A stretch of DNA of 64,000 nucleotides from assembly GCA_965228855.1 (NCBI GenBank), contig CBDDIJ010000003.1:992001-1056000 (forward strand). Direction: 5' to 3'. How positions within the stretch are numbered: the stretch's first letter is position 1; every line of letters starts with the position of its first letter. The position numbers and the translations under genes are program-made. This DNA is from Candidatus Obscuribacterales bacterium. GTDB lineage: Bacteria; Cyanobacteriota; Vampirovibrionia; Obscuribacterales; Obscuribacteraceae. Below are positions 9,919 through 20,100 of this stretch, in pieces. The notes under the pieces are model-generated. The model made no database searches and was not told the DNA's origin. It saw only the letters and a list, made by a program, of their open reading frames with translations.

Positions 9919-10041
9919 AAATCCAATCGCAAATCAGTCGGTCACTGATGATTATGAGAGGATATTCCACACACAACTGTTCGCGGATTGATCGAATAAT
10001 GCACGTTCTCGTGTAGAATCGCAAAATCTCTCTGTTTCGAG

Positions 10042-10803
10042 GTGTGCGAGTTGAGGTCCGTGGTCAACCTTCGCCGGCTTGCCAGGTTACTGAAAACCAC
10101 GGAGAGATTCGTGGCTATCGAACTGCACCCGGGTGTTTACGTCAGTTTCATTGCAATTAACCTCTGTTTGCTGTTCGCATACCGGGAACTAGTCCGTGTC
10201 CCCCATCAGCAAGAACCGATTCCTCCGAATTCAGCCCACTCCCGGGCTGATGTTTTTTCGGATGGAAAGCAATTTGGCTTTCCATCTCTTGGTTTAAGCG
10301 ATGGAAGCCAGTCTCAAACGGTTGAGAGAACCGAGCCGATTAGAACTCAAATGAGCAAAGTAGAACCGACCATCGAATCGAGTCGCTTAGCCGAATTGCC
10401 GAAACAAATTCAGTCTCGGAAAGACAATTCCTTAGGTCTTGCCCCCTCGACAGCCGGCGCTGCACTGGCTGCGGTATCAGAAAAATCGACTCCGAAAAGA
10501 GTTGCACAGAAGAAAGTAAGAAAGTCGCACAATGGTTTGATTCCTCCACCGCCACCGGGTGTGATGGTCGTGCCGCCTCCTCCTGATGCGCCATCGCTGT
10601 TCGCCGCAGGGACTGCCGGCAAGTTTGGCTTTCTCGTTCCACCGCCACCACCAATGGTGTTTGACTCCATTGGCGGTGACACAGCCCTTCAAACGAGTTA
10701 TCGCAAGACAACGCGTCATATCATTGACGGTCAATTTAAAAATAATGACCGCGCGAAAACTGTACACCGCGGTAGTTTCAAACAAGTTATCGTCAGCCGC
10801 TAA
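10042..10803 (+). CDS. Hypothetical membrane-anchored proline-rich protein
   Basis: N-terminal TM segment and three (L/V)(I/V)PPPP runs. Confidence 0.6.
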   Translation: MCELRSVVNLRRLARLLKTTERFVAIELHPGVYVSFIAINLCLLFAYRELVRVPHQQEPIPPNSAHSRADVFSDGKQFGFPSLGLSDGSQSQTVERTEPIRTQMSKVEPTIESSRLAELPKQIQSRKDNSLGLAPSTAGAALAAVSEKSTPKRVAQKKVRKSHNGLIPPPPPGVMVVPPPPDAPSLFAAGTAGKFGFLVPPPPPMVFDSIGGDTALQTSYRKTTRHIIDGQFKNNDRAKTVHRGSFKQVIVSR

Positions 10804-10850
10804 ATCTCTTTTCAAGAGAAACTGGTTTTCCGCAAGAAGCGTCTTTTGTC

Positions 10851-10870
10851 GTAAACCGATATCGGTTTAC
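10851..10870. repeat. Dispersed palindrome copy 4 (perfect 20 bp GTAAACCGAT|ATCGGTTTAC)
   Basis: Read directly, intergenic. Confidence 0.95.
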
Positions 10871-10986
10871 TTTTCGATTGCTGGAAGTCGACTGGATTGT
10901 GGAGCGCAGTTCACGCCTCATTTTGAAATTCACAAAGTGCTTAATGTGCTACCTGGGAATAATGATTCTGCCGCTGTCTAACGGAG

Positions 10987-11763
10987 ATGTTCATGAGAAA
11001 CTACAAGACCAGTCTGACCCTTCTTTCCGCGTCGCTGTGCCTGGGTCTGTTTGCTTTACCAGGTCTGGCTTCACCGGAAGACGACGCAGCGATTCAGCTG
11101 TACAAACAAGGGAAATATGGTCCTGCCCTTGCCGCTTTTGAGGCTATCGATAAGAGGACCCCGCGGAAACCCCTTACACACTATTACATTGCGCTTTGCT
11201 GTCAATCTCTTAATCAGGTGGCCAGAGCAACTGCTGAGTACAAGTGGGTCGCGGACAACTCTCCTAAAGGGACATTGAAAGCGGCCGCACTGAAGGGTTT
11301 AGACAGTGTAAGCCGTTACAAGCAAGGCCGCGAACAGCAAGTTGCCGCCAGTGCCGCCAATACGGAGGCTGCAGCAGCGGCGGACGCAGCCAAGACGACG
11401 GCGGCCGGCGAGAAGACCGCATCTGGAACGAAACCCGGAGAAAAACTTCCAGCAGCCAAGCCGGATGAAGGCAAAGTGAAAAAGGTGCTTGCGTTTTCGA
11501 CTTCTTACGACCGCACCTGGTTAGCCTTTGAGCCTGGGTTCAATCAGGCAAAAGAAAAGTACAACGGGAAAATCGCTATTTCGCAGGTCGACACCGATGA
11601 CGAGGCGAGCAACGCACTCAAGGAAAAATACAAATTGAGTTCGTTCCCTGCATTCGTTTACCTAGACGGCGCCGGAAATGTTCTAAAGACCGAGAGCGGC
11701 TGCCCCGGTGACGGTGATTCATTTATTAATGAGATTGAGACCTTGAACAAGAAAAAGAAGTGA
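10987..11763 (+). CDS. Secreted TPR + thioredoxin-like fold protein
   Basis: Signal peptide, TPR-like helices (LYKQGKY..A...F, THYYIALC), C-terminal Trx-like segment (KYKLSSFPAFVYLDGAG) lacking CxxC. Confidence 0.7.
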   Translation: MFMRNYKTSLTLLSASLCLGLFALPGLASPEDDAAIQLYKQGKYGPALAAFEAIDKRTPRKPLTHYYIALCCQSLNQVARATAEYKWVADNSPKGTLKAAALKGLDSVSRYKQGREQQVAASAANTEAAAAADAAKTTAAGEKTASGTKPGEKLPAAKPDEGKVKKVLAFSTSYDRTWLAFEPGFNQAKEKYNGKIAISQVDTDDEASNALKEKYKLSSFPAFVYLDGAGNVLKTESGCPGDGDSFINEIETLNKKKK

Positions 11764-12013
11764 ACGCGAATAAACTTCGGTGACAATATGAAGATGTGAT
11801 GTCGAGAGAGAACTGCTTTCGTCAAGAATAGATCTGCCGCATCTTTGCTTTCCCCCTCTAAATTGCGACCAACAGCTGACCGAAAGCAAGCGCTCACATT
11901 CAGTTTAGTTTTAATGCCAAGCATCTGCGCATTGATGTCTTGATGAGAGAAACGTAGTAATCTTTTCTCCGTAAAGACGCTTGTCTGTTGGCAACCTGCG
12001 CTGAGGTGAGGCA

Positions 12014-13624
12014 ATGGCTCAAACTGCTACGGTGGAAAATCCGCTTATGCTGGGACTTCCGGAAGAAAAACGACCGGAGCCGTTCGCGCTGGTCATATTC
12101 GGCGCCCATGGGGACCTCACCAAACGCAAATTGTTACCGGCTATCTACGCGCTGTATGTTCAGAACTTGCTGCCGGAAGGTTTCGCCATCTTGGGTACGT
12201 CCCGAACGGAAAAAACTGACCAGGAGTTCCGTGATTCGATGAAGGAAGCCGTCATCAAGTATTCCGAGGACCTCGAGTTTGACGAAGGGACCTGGGAGCG
12301 ATTTGCGCCCGCCCTTTATTACCGCGCCGGCGACTCTAAGAATCTGGATTCTTATAAGGAAATGAAGTCCACGCTCGAGGAGCTTCAGAAAAGCCGTGGC
12401 ACGATGGGCAACCATATCTTTTATCTGTCTACCCCTCCGAGTTTGTACATGCCAATTGTCACTAAACTGGCGGAGTCTGGACTGGCATACAAGCGCAAAG
12501 GAAGCGAACCCGCCTGGCCACGGGTGGTGGTAGAGAAACCGTTCGGACACGATTTGCCTTCATCGCTCGAACTCGATTCGACCCTTCACGATGTTTTGAA
12601 TGAGCATCAGATTTACAGAATCGACCACTATCTGGGCAAAGAAACTGTTCAGAACATCATGTGTTTTCGTTTTGCCAACAGCATTTTTGAGCCGATCTGG
12701 AATCGCGAATTCATCGACCACATTCAGATTACGAGCGCGGAAACGATCGGTGTGGAGGATAGAGGAGCATACTACGAGGAAGCCGGAGCTCTGCGCGACA
12801 TGCTCCAGAACCACCTCATGCAGCTCGTTGCCCTGGTCGCAATGGAACCTCCTATTTCACTGGACCCCGAATCAACCCGAGATGAACGTGTCAAAGTACT
12901 CAAAGCAATTCGGCCCTTGTCACCGGAGACCATCGATAATTTTTCAGTGAGAGGGCAGTACGGCGACGGATTTGTATTAGGAAACAGGGCGCAGCGCTAC
13001 AGGGACGAGAAAAATGTTTCGCCTGAATCAAGTCGTGAAACATTTGCGGCGATGAAACTGTACATCGACAATTGGCGCTGGGCCGGTGTGCCAATTTATT
13101 TGCGAAGTGGAAAACGCCTGGCCAAGCGCCTGACGGAGATCGCTGTGCAGTTTCGCAAACCACCAAAACAATTGTTTGACGAACTTGGCGGCTCGATTTA
13201 TCACGAAATGCCTAAGTCCGAAAGTCCAAACGTTCTGGTCATGAAGATTCAGCCTGACGACGGTATTTCGCTCAAGTTCGCGACCAAGCAACCGGGGCCG
13301 ACGACACAAATCAGATCGTTAACTATGGACTTTCGGTATGGCACCGCATTTGGTAGCAGAACTCCGTCGGCGTACGAACGCCTGATTCTGGATGCGCTAA
13401 TTGGCGACCCGTCGCTGTTTGCTCGTTCTGACTTTGTTGAGGCCTCGTGGGTTCTGTACCAACCGTTGATTGAACACTGGGAAAAAACTGTTCCAGGAAA
13501 ATCGAACGATAAGGGCAGCGAGATTCACCATCGCCCTTTTCCAAATTACGACTCCGGTTCCTGGGGACCTCCTGAGTCCGACGAAATGCTTGCCATCGAA
13601 GGGCATGCCTGGAGGGAACTATGA
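12014..13624 (+). CDS. zwf: Glucose-6-phosphate 1-dehydrogenase
   Basis: GAHGDLTKRKL, RIDHYLGKE and EKPFG. Confidence 0.98.
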   Translation: MAQTATVENPLMLGLPEEKRPEPFALVIFGAHGDLTKRKLLPAIYALYVQNLLPEGFAILGTSRTEKTDQEFRDSMKEAVIKYSEDLEFDEGTWERFAPALYYRAGDSKNLDSYKEMKSTLEELQKSRGTMGNHIFYLSTPPSLYMPIVTKLAESGLAYKRKGSEPAWPRVVVEKPFGHDLPSSLELDSTLHDVLNEHQIYRIDHYLGKETVQNIMCFRFANSIFEPIWNREFIDHIQITSAETIGVEDRGAYYEEAGALRDMLQNHLMQLVALVAMEPPISLDPESTRDERVKVLKAIRPLSPETIDNFSVRGQYGDGFVLGNRAQRYRDEKNVSPESSRETFAAMKLYIDNWRWAGVPIYLRSGKRLAKRLTEIAVQFRKPPKQLFDELGGSIYHEMPKSESPNVLVMKIQPDDGISLKFATKQPGPTTQIRSLTMDFRYGTAFGSRTPSAYERLILDALIGDPSLFARSDFVEASWVLYQPLIEHWEKTVPGKSNDKGSEIHHRPFPNYDSGSWGPPESDEMLAIEGHAWREL

Positions 13625-14793
13625 CCCCCGTAGCAAAAGAGAAGGTGGAGATGGCTTCGTTCCTATCCGGAACCTTCCATCACGTTGATGTCGACCGTAT
13701 TGAAAAGGAACTCCTCGACCTCTGGCAACAAGCAGGGAAAGGGTCGGATACGGATGAACCCTCGGTTACACGCGCCTGCAGCATCACCTTCATCCTGTTC
13801 ACATCCGATCCCGGCGCTGAGATTGCTGCAGGAGATCTTCTCGAAGATGTCACGCTTAAACACCCCTGCCGAGCCATTCTTGCCATGGCGTTGCCGGCAA
13901 AGGAAGAACAGCTTGAAGCCTGGGTGACTGCTCGCTGCCGGATGATTCCAGGTAAGAAAGATAAGCAGATTTGTTGCGAACAAATTACTGTCCGCTGGCA
14001 GGGGGATGGGACGCGCCATCTCGCTAGCGTTGTTTCACCGCTTCAACTGGTAGATTTGCCCACCTGGCTCTGGTGGCAAGAAGCCGAAGCGACCAAGGAA
14101 AATCTTGGACCGTTTCTTCCATTCGTAGAACGCCTGATAGTCGACACCTCTTATCTGGATAATAATCTTTCTCGTCTTTTTGATCTGCGCGAGGTCTTCA
14201 ACCGTTTGAAAGAGGGCAGCGCCATGTTCGATTTGAACTGGCGCAGACTCCTTCCCTGGAGGCAGGCAATCGCTCGCTCGTTTGAAGAGTCTCTGGGAAT
14301 TTTGTCTCTTGAAGAACTCGACTTGATTTCCTCCGTCACAATCGGTGTCGCGCAACCTGCCGAAAGCGCCTCCAAAAGCTACTCGGCTCAGTCCCTACTT
14401 CTGGTCTCCTGGCTCGCTTCTCGCCTGTCCTGGAAAGTATTGTCGGTGAAGAAAACTACCGACAACGAAGTCGACATTGTTTTGAAATGGAGTCGCAAAA
14501 AAATCGATGTTGCCATCAGAGCTGTCCCTATGGATAACGTAAAGCCTGGCACCGTCTGTTTCTTCGCTGCAGACTTTGTCGGCAAAACTAAATCGCTTGT
14601 CGTTATGCAAAAGGAAGGTTGTCCGGGTTTGGAAGTCGACCTGGTAGAAAAGTCGGAAGTTCACGAAACTCTGTGCATGACCGAGGTACCAGCTCCACAG
14701 CTCGTAGTTGACGTTCTGGACAGCCCAATTACCGGAGAAGTTTACTCGGAGCTTCTCGATCTCCTTTGCGAACTCGCAGGAAACTTGAAGTGA
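13621..14793 (+). CDS. opcA: G6PDH assembly/activator protein OpcA
   Basis: HPCRAI, ICCEQI, DLPTWLWW and DLNWRRL motifs. Overlaps the zwf stop. Confidence 0.9.
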   Translation: MTPVAKEKVEMASFLSGTFHHVDVDRIEKELLDLWQQAGKGSDTDEPSVTRACSITFILFTSDPGAEIAAGDLLEDVTLKHPCRAILAMALPAKEEQLEAWVTARCRMIPGKKDKQICCEQITVRWQGDGTRHLASVVSPLQLVDLPTWLWWQEAEATKENLGPFLPFVERLIVDTSYLDNNLSRLFDLREVFNRLKEGSAMFDLNWRRLLPWRQAIARSFEESLGILSLEELDLISSVTIGVAQPAESASKSYSAQSLLLVSWLASRLSWKVLSVKKTTDNEVDIVLKWSRKKIDVAIRAVPMDNVKPGTVCFFAADFVGKTKSLVVMQKEGCPGLEVDLVEKSEVHETLCMTEVPAPQLVVDVLDSPITGEVYSELLDLLCELAGNLK

Positions 14794-14817
14794 GCACCAG
14801 TCAAAGCAGGGGACCAA

Positions 14818-15591
14818 ATGGAAACGAAAGGTAAACTGAAAATCGCTCAATCAAGCGGAGCTCTGACTCTTAGTCTGGCATCCGACATCGTCGATATGGC
14901 GGCCAAAGCCGTCGCTGATCATGGCAGCTTCAGCTTTGCTCTTTCCGGTGGAAATACTCCAAAGGCACTCTACAGCGCGCTTTCTTCAGCTCCTCTGAAA
15001 TATGAGATGCCCTGGAAAAAAACATTTTTCTTCTTTGGTGATGAGCGCTGCGTTTCTCGGTCGAGCCCTGAGAGCAATTACCGGATGGTCGATGAAGCGA
15101 TGTTTAAGCCGGTGCCTGTCAGAACTGAAAATATTTTTTCACTGCTTAACCCGGAAATCGATCCGAAACAATCCGCGCTAGATTACGAGACTAGAATGCG
15201 CAAATTTTTCTGTCTCGATGCCGGAGAGTTTCCGAGGTTCGACCTGGTTTTGTTGGGACTGGGCGATGATGGGCACACCGCGTCACTTTTCCCGGACACC
15301 GAAGCCCTGACGGAAACGGAGCGCTTATGCACGGAGAACTTCGTTCCGAAGTTCGATTGTTATCGCATTACAATGACGTTGCCAGTGATCAACAACGCCA
15401 AAAACATCGTATTTATGGTTTCAGGCAGCGGCAAAGCTGATGTGCTCTCGCATATTATTTGCGAGCAAAGCGCTGAGAAGGAAAACGTTACCTACCCGTC
15501 GCAACTGGTAGAGCCCAAGAATGGCAAGCTTAAATGGTACCTTGACCAAGAAGCAGCGTCCAAGCTCAGTCTGACCGAATGTAAATCATGA
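14818..15591 (+). CDS. pgl: 6-phosphogluconolactonase
   Basis: LSGGNTP, GDERCV and LGLGDDGHTASLFP. Confidence 0.96.
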   Translation: METKGKLKIAQSSGALTLSLASDIVDMAAKAVADHGSFSFALSGGNTPKALYSALSSAPLKYEMPWKKTFFFFGDERCVSRSSPESNYRMVDEAMFKPVPVRTENIFSLLNPEIDPKQSALDYETRMRKFFCLDAGEFPRFDLVLLGLGDDGHTASLFPDTEALTETERLCTENFVPKFDCYRITMTLPVINNAKNIVFMVSGSGKADVLSHIICEQSAEKENVTYPSQLVEPKNGKLKWYLDQEAASKLSLTECKS

Positions 15592-15660
15592 TTTTGAACA
15601 ACGAGTGACCGCATATCCAAACTTCATGAAATTGAATGTGGAAAATCTGGAGGGAGTAAG

Positions 15661-17112
15661 ATGACGAAGAAAGCAAAAATCGGACTGGTTGGGCTCGGTG
15701 TGATGGGCGAGAACCTGGCGCTCAACATTGAACGCAACGGTTATCCGATTGCTGTCTACAACCGGAGTCCTGACAAAGTTGACGCGTTTATGAAAGAACG
15801 AGCCAAAGACAAGGATGTTATCGGTTGCAAGGACGTTAAAACGTTCGTCGATAGCCTGGAAACCCCTAGAAAAATTATTCTTCTAGTCAAAGCAGGTGCT
15901 CCCGTTGATAGCACGATCGACATGCTCAGACCATTCCTTGATGATGGCGACATTATCATTGACGGCGGCAACTCTCATTACGAAGACACGCGACGCCGCG
16001 AGAAAAGTTTGGCAATGGATGGCTTGCAACTGATAGGCTCCGGTGTCTCCGGCGGCGAAGAGGGCGCTCTCAACGGACCTTCACTCATGCCAGGTGGTAA
16101 CAAAGATGCTTACGAGCAGATTAGACCAATCTGGGAGGCTATCGCTGCAAAAGTTGATGACGGTCCATGCGTAACCTATCTTGGTCCCGACGGAGCCGGA
16201 CACTTTGTGAAGATGGTGCACAACGGTATCGAATACGGTGACATGCAATTGATCGCCGAGGTGTACGATATAATGCGGCGCGGTCTCGGTATGGAAGCTG
16301 ATGAGATCGCCGAAACTTTTAACGAGTGGAATGAGGAAAAGCTTGATTCATTCTTAATCGAAATCACCGCGAAGATACTCACAGTCACCGATCCGGAGAC
16401 AAAGAAGCCGCTTGTTGATTTGATCGTCGATAAAGCCGGACAGAAAGGTACTGGGCGCTGGACCTCACAAGTTGCACTGGAGCTTGGAGTGCCAGTCCCC
16501 ACAATAGACTCCGCACTTACTGCTCGTATGTTGTCTGCAATGAAAGATGAGCGAGTCGTAGCTTCGAAAACTCTGTCAGGCCCGGTACCAATCGTTGAAG
16601 AAGGTCTAGACAAGGAAGACTTCCTGGATTGTCTTTCTGAGGCACTCTACGCGAGCAAGGTTTGCAGTTACGCCCAGGGGATGGCACTTATCAGGGCCGG
16701 ATCCGACCACTATGAGTGGAATATCAACCTTGCCGAAACAGCCAGAATCTGGAAGGGTGGTTGCATAATCCGAGCTGAGCTTCTCGAAGAAATTCGTAAA
16801 GCTTACGCTGACAACCCGAAGCTCGCGAATTTGTTGATAGACCCGAACTTTGCTAAGTACATCGTTGAAGTTCAGCAGGACTGGCGCTATGTGATCGCGT
16901 TTGCGCAAAACAACGGAATTGCTGTTCCTGCTTTGTCGTCAAGTCTTGCCTATTTCGACATGTATCGCACCGAGCACTTGCCGCAAAATCTCACGCAAGC
17001 GCAACGCGACTTTTTCGGTGCCCATACATACGAGCGTCTGGACAAGCCGGAAGCTGGCTTTGTTCACACTGAGTGGGAAGACTTGGTCAAAGAGCGAGCC
17101 AAAAGCTCCTGA
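15661..17112 (+). CDS. gnd: NADP-dependent 6-phosphogluconate dehydrogenase
   Basis: GLGVMG, VSGGEEGA, KMVHNGIEY and QAQRDFFGAH. Confidence 0.98.
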   Translation: MTKKAKIGLVGLGVMGENLALNIERNGYPIAVYNRSPDKVDAFMKERAKDKDVIGCKDVKTFVDSLETPRKIILLVKAGAPVDSTIDMLRPFLDDGDIIIDGGNSHYEDTRRREKSLAMDGLQLIGSGVSGGEEGALNGPSLMPGGNKDAYEQIRPIWEAIAAKVDDGPCVTYLGPDGAGHFVKMVHNGIEYGDMQLIAEVYDIMRRGLGMEADEIAETFNEWNEEKLDSFLIEITAKILTVTDPETKKPLVDLIVDKAGQKGTGRWTSQVALELGVPVPTIDSALTARMLSAMKDERVVASKTLSGPVPIVEEGLDKEDFLDCLSEALYASKVCSYAQGMALIRAGSDHYEWNINLAETARIWKGGCIIRAELLEEIRKAYADNPKLANLLIDPNFAKYIVEVQQDWRYVIAFAQNNGIAVPALSSSLAYFDMYRTEHLPQNLTQAQRDFFGAHTYERLDKPEAGFVHTEWEDLVKERAKSS

Positions 17113-17120
17113 GCCGTCCG

Positions 17121-20100
17121 TTAAAAATCTACGCCTTCTTCAGGTTCCGCTGTGCGAAACTCCCCCGGGTCAGTCGGCTTAACGCCCTCCTCCGGTTTGC
17201 GTTCTCGCGGTTTTGCGATTCCCGATCCTTCGCCTGTCTCATTTGATTCTAAACCGATATCGGTTGAGGAATCTTCCCAAGGCGATGACGTTTGATTTGA
17301 ATCTTGTGAACCGGGGGCGAGGCGAGATTTTGACGACTCGGGCTGCTTTTGGTTGTCTGACGTGGAAGGCTTGCTAAAAATATTTTGCAGAGCTTGAAAT
17401 TTTGCCTGCACATCAGTTGGATTTGAAACAAAATACCAGGCGGACAGGCAGAATGTGAGAACCACCGAGACCACGACAATCATCGCGATTGAAACCCAAT
17501 TGGAGGTCGGCGGTGGAGGAGTTGCTTGCTGCTGACGTCGTCTTAGATCCAGCGGAGCCGGTTGTGTCTCCTCGTCAGTGGTGCTTATGCTGTCGGGCTC
17601 GTTCAGAGCGGGTTGTAATGAGCCTGGGCTTGTCATGGCTCGAATCTCTTCCTTCTCATCAAATGACAATTTGGGAAGCCCTGTTCCAAGCGCATTCAGT
17701 TCTGCAGAGGTTTGAACTTCGAAATTTGTTTGAGGGTCTGATGGGCTTGCCAGAAGATCTCGGACCGGGCGACGCTCTTCCATCTTCTTTTGATCCGCGC
17801 TCCAGGTGTCGCTTGTTTCCTCCTGAGTCGTCTTCTGATGAGTGCCGGAACTCGTCGACGCTGCTTGAGCCGCCGCTGCTGCTGCTGCGCTTCCTCGCCA
17901 TGCGTCGCCTGTCTGACTCTGACGATGACGTTCCGAGCCGCCCCAGGGCTGCGTTCCGCTAGATGCTCGAGAGGGATTCTGAAGGTCTGCTGCAGTCTGC
18001 GAGTCAGAACTTTGACCCGGTACTGATTCCGATTGACTTTCGCCCCAGCCTGGAATGTGTTGTTGCTGCTCCTTCGCCCAGGCTTCGTTCTCCTTGTTCT
18101 CGCCCCAGGAGTCACTGTGCTCGTCGATTGCATCAGTAGATTCCGTCGCCCATTGAAATGGAACGGGTTCGCTTGAGGCTGGACCGCTCGCGATTCCAAG
18201 CAGCTTATCGACATCCAGCTCTGAGACGGGGCAGCGTTGTAATTCAACTGGAAGATCCTCGTTGGGCAAATCCATTTGTACGCACTTGAGCCAGAAATGC
18301 AGTGCCGTTTTAAACTCTTGCGCACTTTGCCACCGTTTATCCGGATGCGTTTGCAGAGCCTTTTGCAGAATTTGATCAAGCATCTTGGTTTTTGGCAACT
18401 GAACTTCCATCTCTGCCAATGGTTTAGGCTTAATGTTCTCGTTGCAGTGCGCTGCCATCACATTGATTAATGTGCCTTTCGAATACGGCGGCGTGCCCGT
18501 CACCGACTCGTACAACAGGACGCCAAGAGAATACAGGTCGGAGCGCGTCGAAAGCAATTTGCCGGAGCATTGCTCGGGACTCATGTAGATAGGCGATCCT
18601 AGCGCTTGTCCAACATGTGTCAATCGCTGCATGTCACCTTGCACTTTGGCGATACCAAAGTCCAGAATTTTTACGACCATGTCGTTGTCGATTTCTTTGA
18701 TCAGAATTATGTTGCCGGTTTTCAGGTCTCTATGGATGAGACCGCCTGCATGCGCATAATCTAACGCGTCCAAAATCTGTGAAAGAATATCGACGATATT
18801 TTCGGGCTCTTCCAGCTTACCGAGTGCGCGAATGATTTCTTGAAGACTGATTCCGCGAACCCTCTCCATCACCAGGAACAATTGATCGCGCGCGCTGAAA
18901 GAGTCGATGTAACCGACGATGTTTTTGTGATCGAGCTGCGAATGTGTTTTGATTTCTTGTGAAAAACGCAGTACGTCTTGCGGGTTAGGTGAACGCAAAG
19001 TCTTGATGGCGACTAGCCTTCCTGTAGCAATTTGTTTTGCGCGATAGACGATCGCCATTCCGCCTTGACCAATCACATCTAAAACTTCATAACTATGAGC
19101 GAGTACCGTTCCGACTAGCGGATCGGTCGAGTATGTTGGAATCGCCGGTCTTTCTGGCGTTTCAGCGTGCCGGACAATCTGTTGGACAGTCGGCTGGGTC
19201 TTCGGCGCTGGCTGTTTCTGTTCGTCGTCGGTAAGACGCTCTGAGTTTGCCGGCAAAACGAACGGTGCAAGCTCGTATATGCTGTCAGTCGACCTGAAGT
19301 CCTGGAGCACATCTTCTTCGTCGTACTCGTAATCGTCCGACTTCTCCCTGTCCTCATCCTGATTCCCTTCGGTGAGCTGGAGACTACCTGCTCCAATGAA
19401 AATCTGGTCGATATCAGCCGTGGCGATGCCAATTCTGTTCACGTCAAATGGCTCAGCATCAGGCGGTTCGAAATTAGATTGTCCGGTTTCTACTTCACTT
19501 AAGATAGACTCGCTCAGCGACGTCTCTCCACTGGTTTGGAATTCGGTTTCAGTTTCTAAGATCGCCTCAGAAAGCGAGGCGCCGACCGGCATCTCTTCCT
19601 CGCCGCCTTCCAGACCCGGATTCCCCCATGGTAGTATCTGTGGTGCGTCGCTCTGCTCAGGCTGTTCCCCGGTAACAAATGCCATAGGGTCTATTCTCTG
19701 CTCACCCGTGATGTAAGCTTCGGCTCCGGCATCCTGCGAGTACAAAGGAGTAGGTATGGAGTGCTTCCCTGTCGTGAAGCCGGGAACGGGCTGGTCCGTC
19801 TCGTCAAATCCTGAAGTATTATGCTCTGCTGTGATTCGACCACTTTCGAAAATATCATTTTGATGACCAGACTTTTCTGATGTCTCCTGTATTTCTGAGT
19901 TGTCGTGCTCTGAAATTTCCGGTTCATTTCCGATCCGACCGTGCTCGGCAATATCCTGTTCACCCGTTATCGCACCGTGCGTTTCAGCCGGCGCATTGCC
20001 ACCTGAGCTTTCTTTTTTAAGCCAATCGGCGGTCTCTCCCTCGTTGGCTGTGGCACCAGATGCGGTGGCGAATGTTTTCTCGATTTGCTCGGCGTCGGAA

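Noticed and set aside
12014..17112. zwf-opcA-pgl-gnd as a novelty
   Set aside because: Well-known oxidative pentose phosphate cluster
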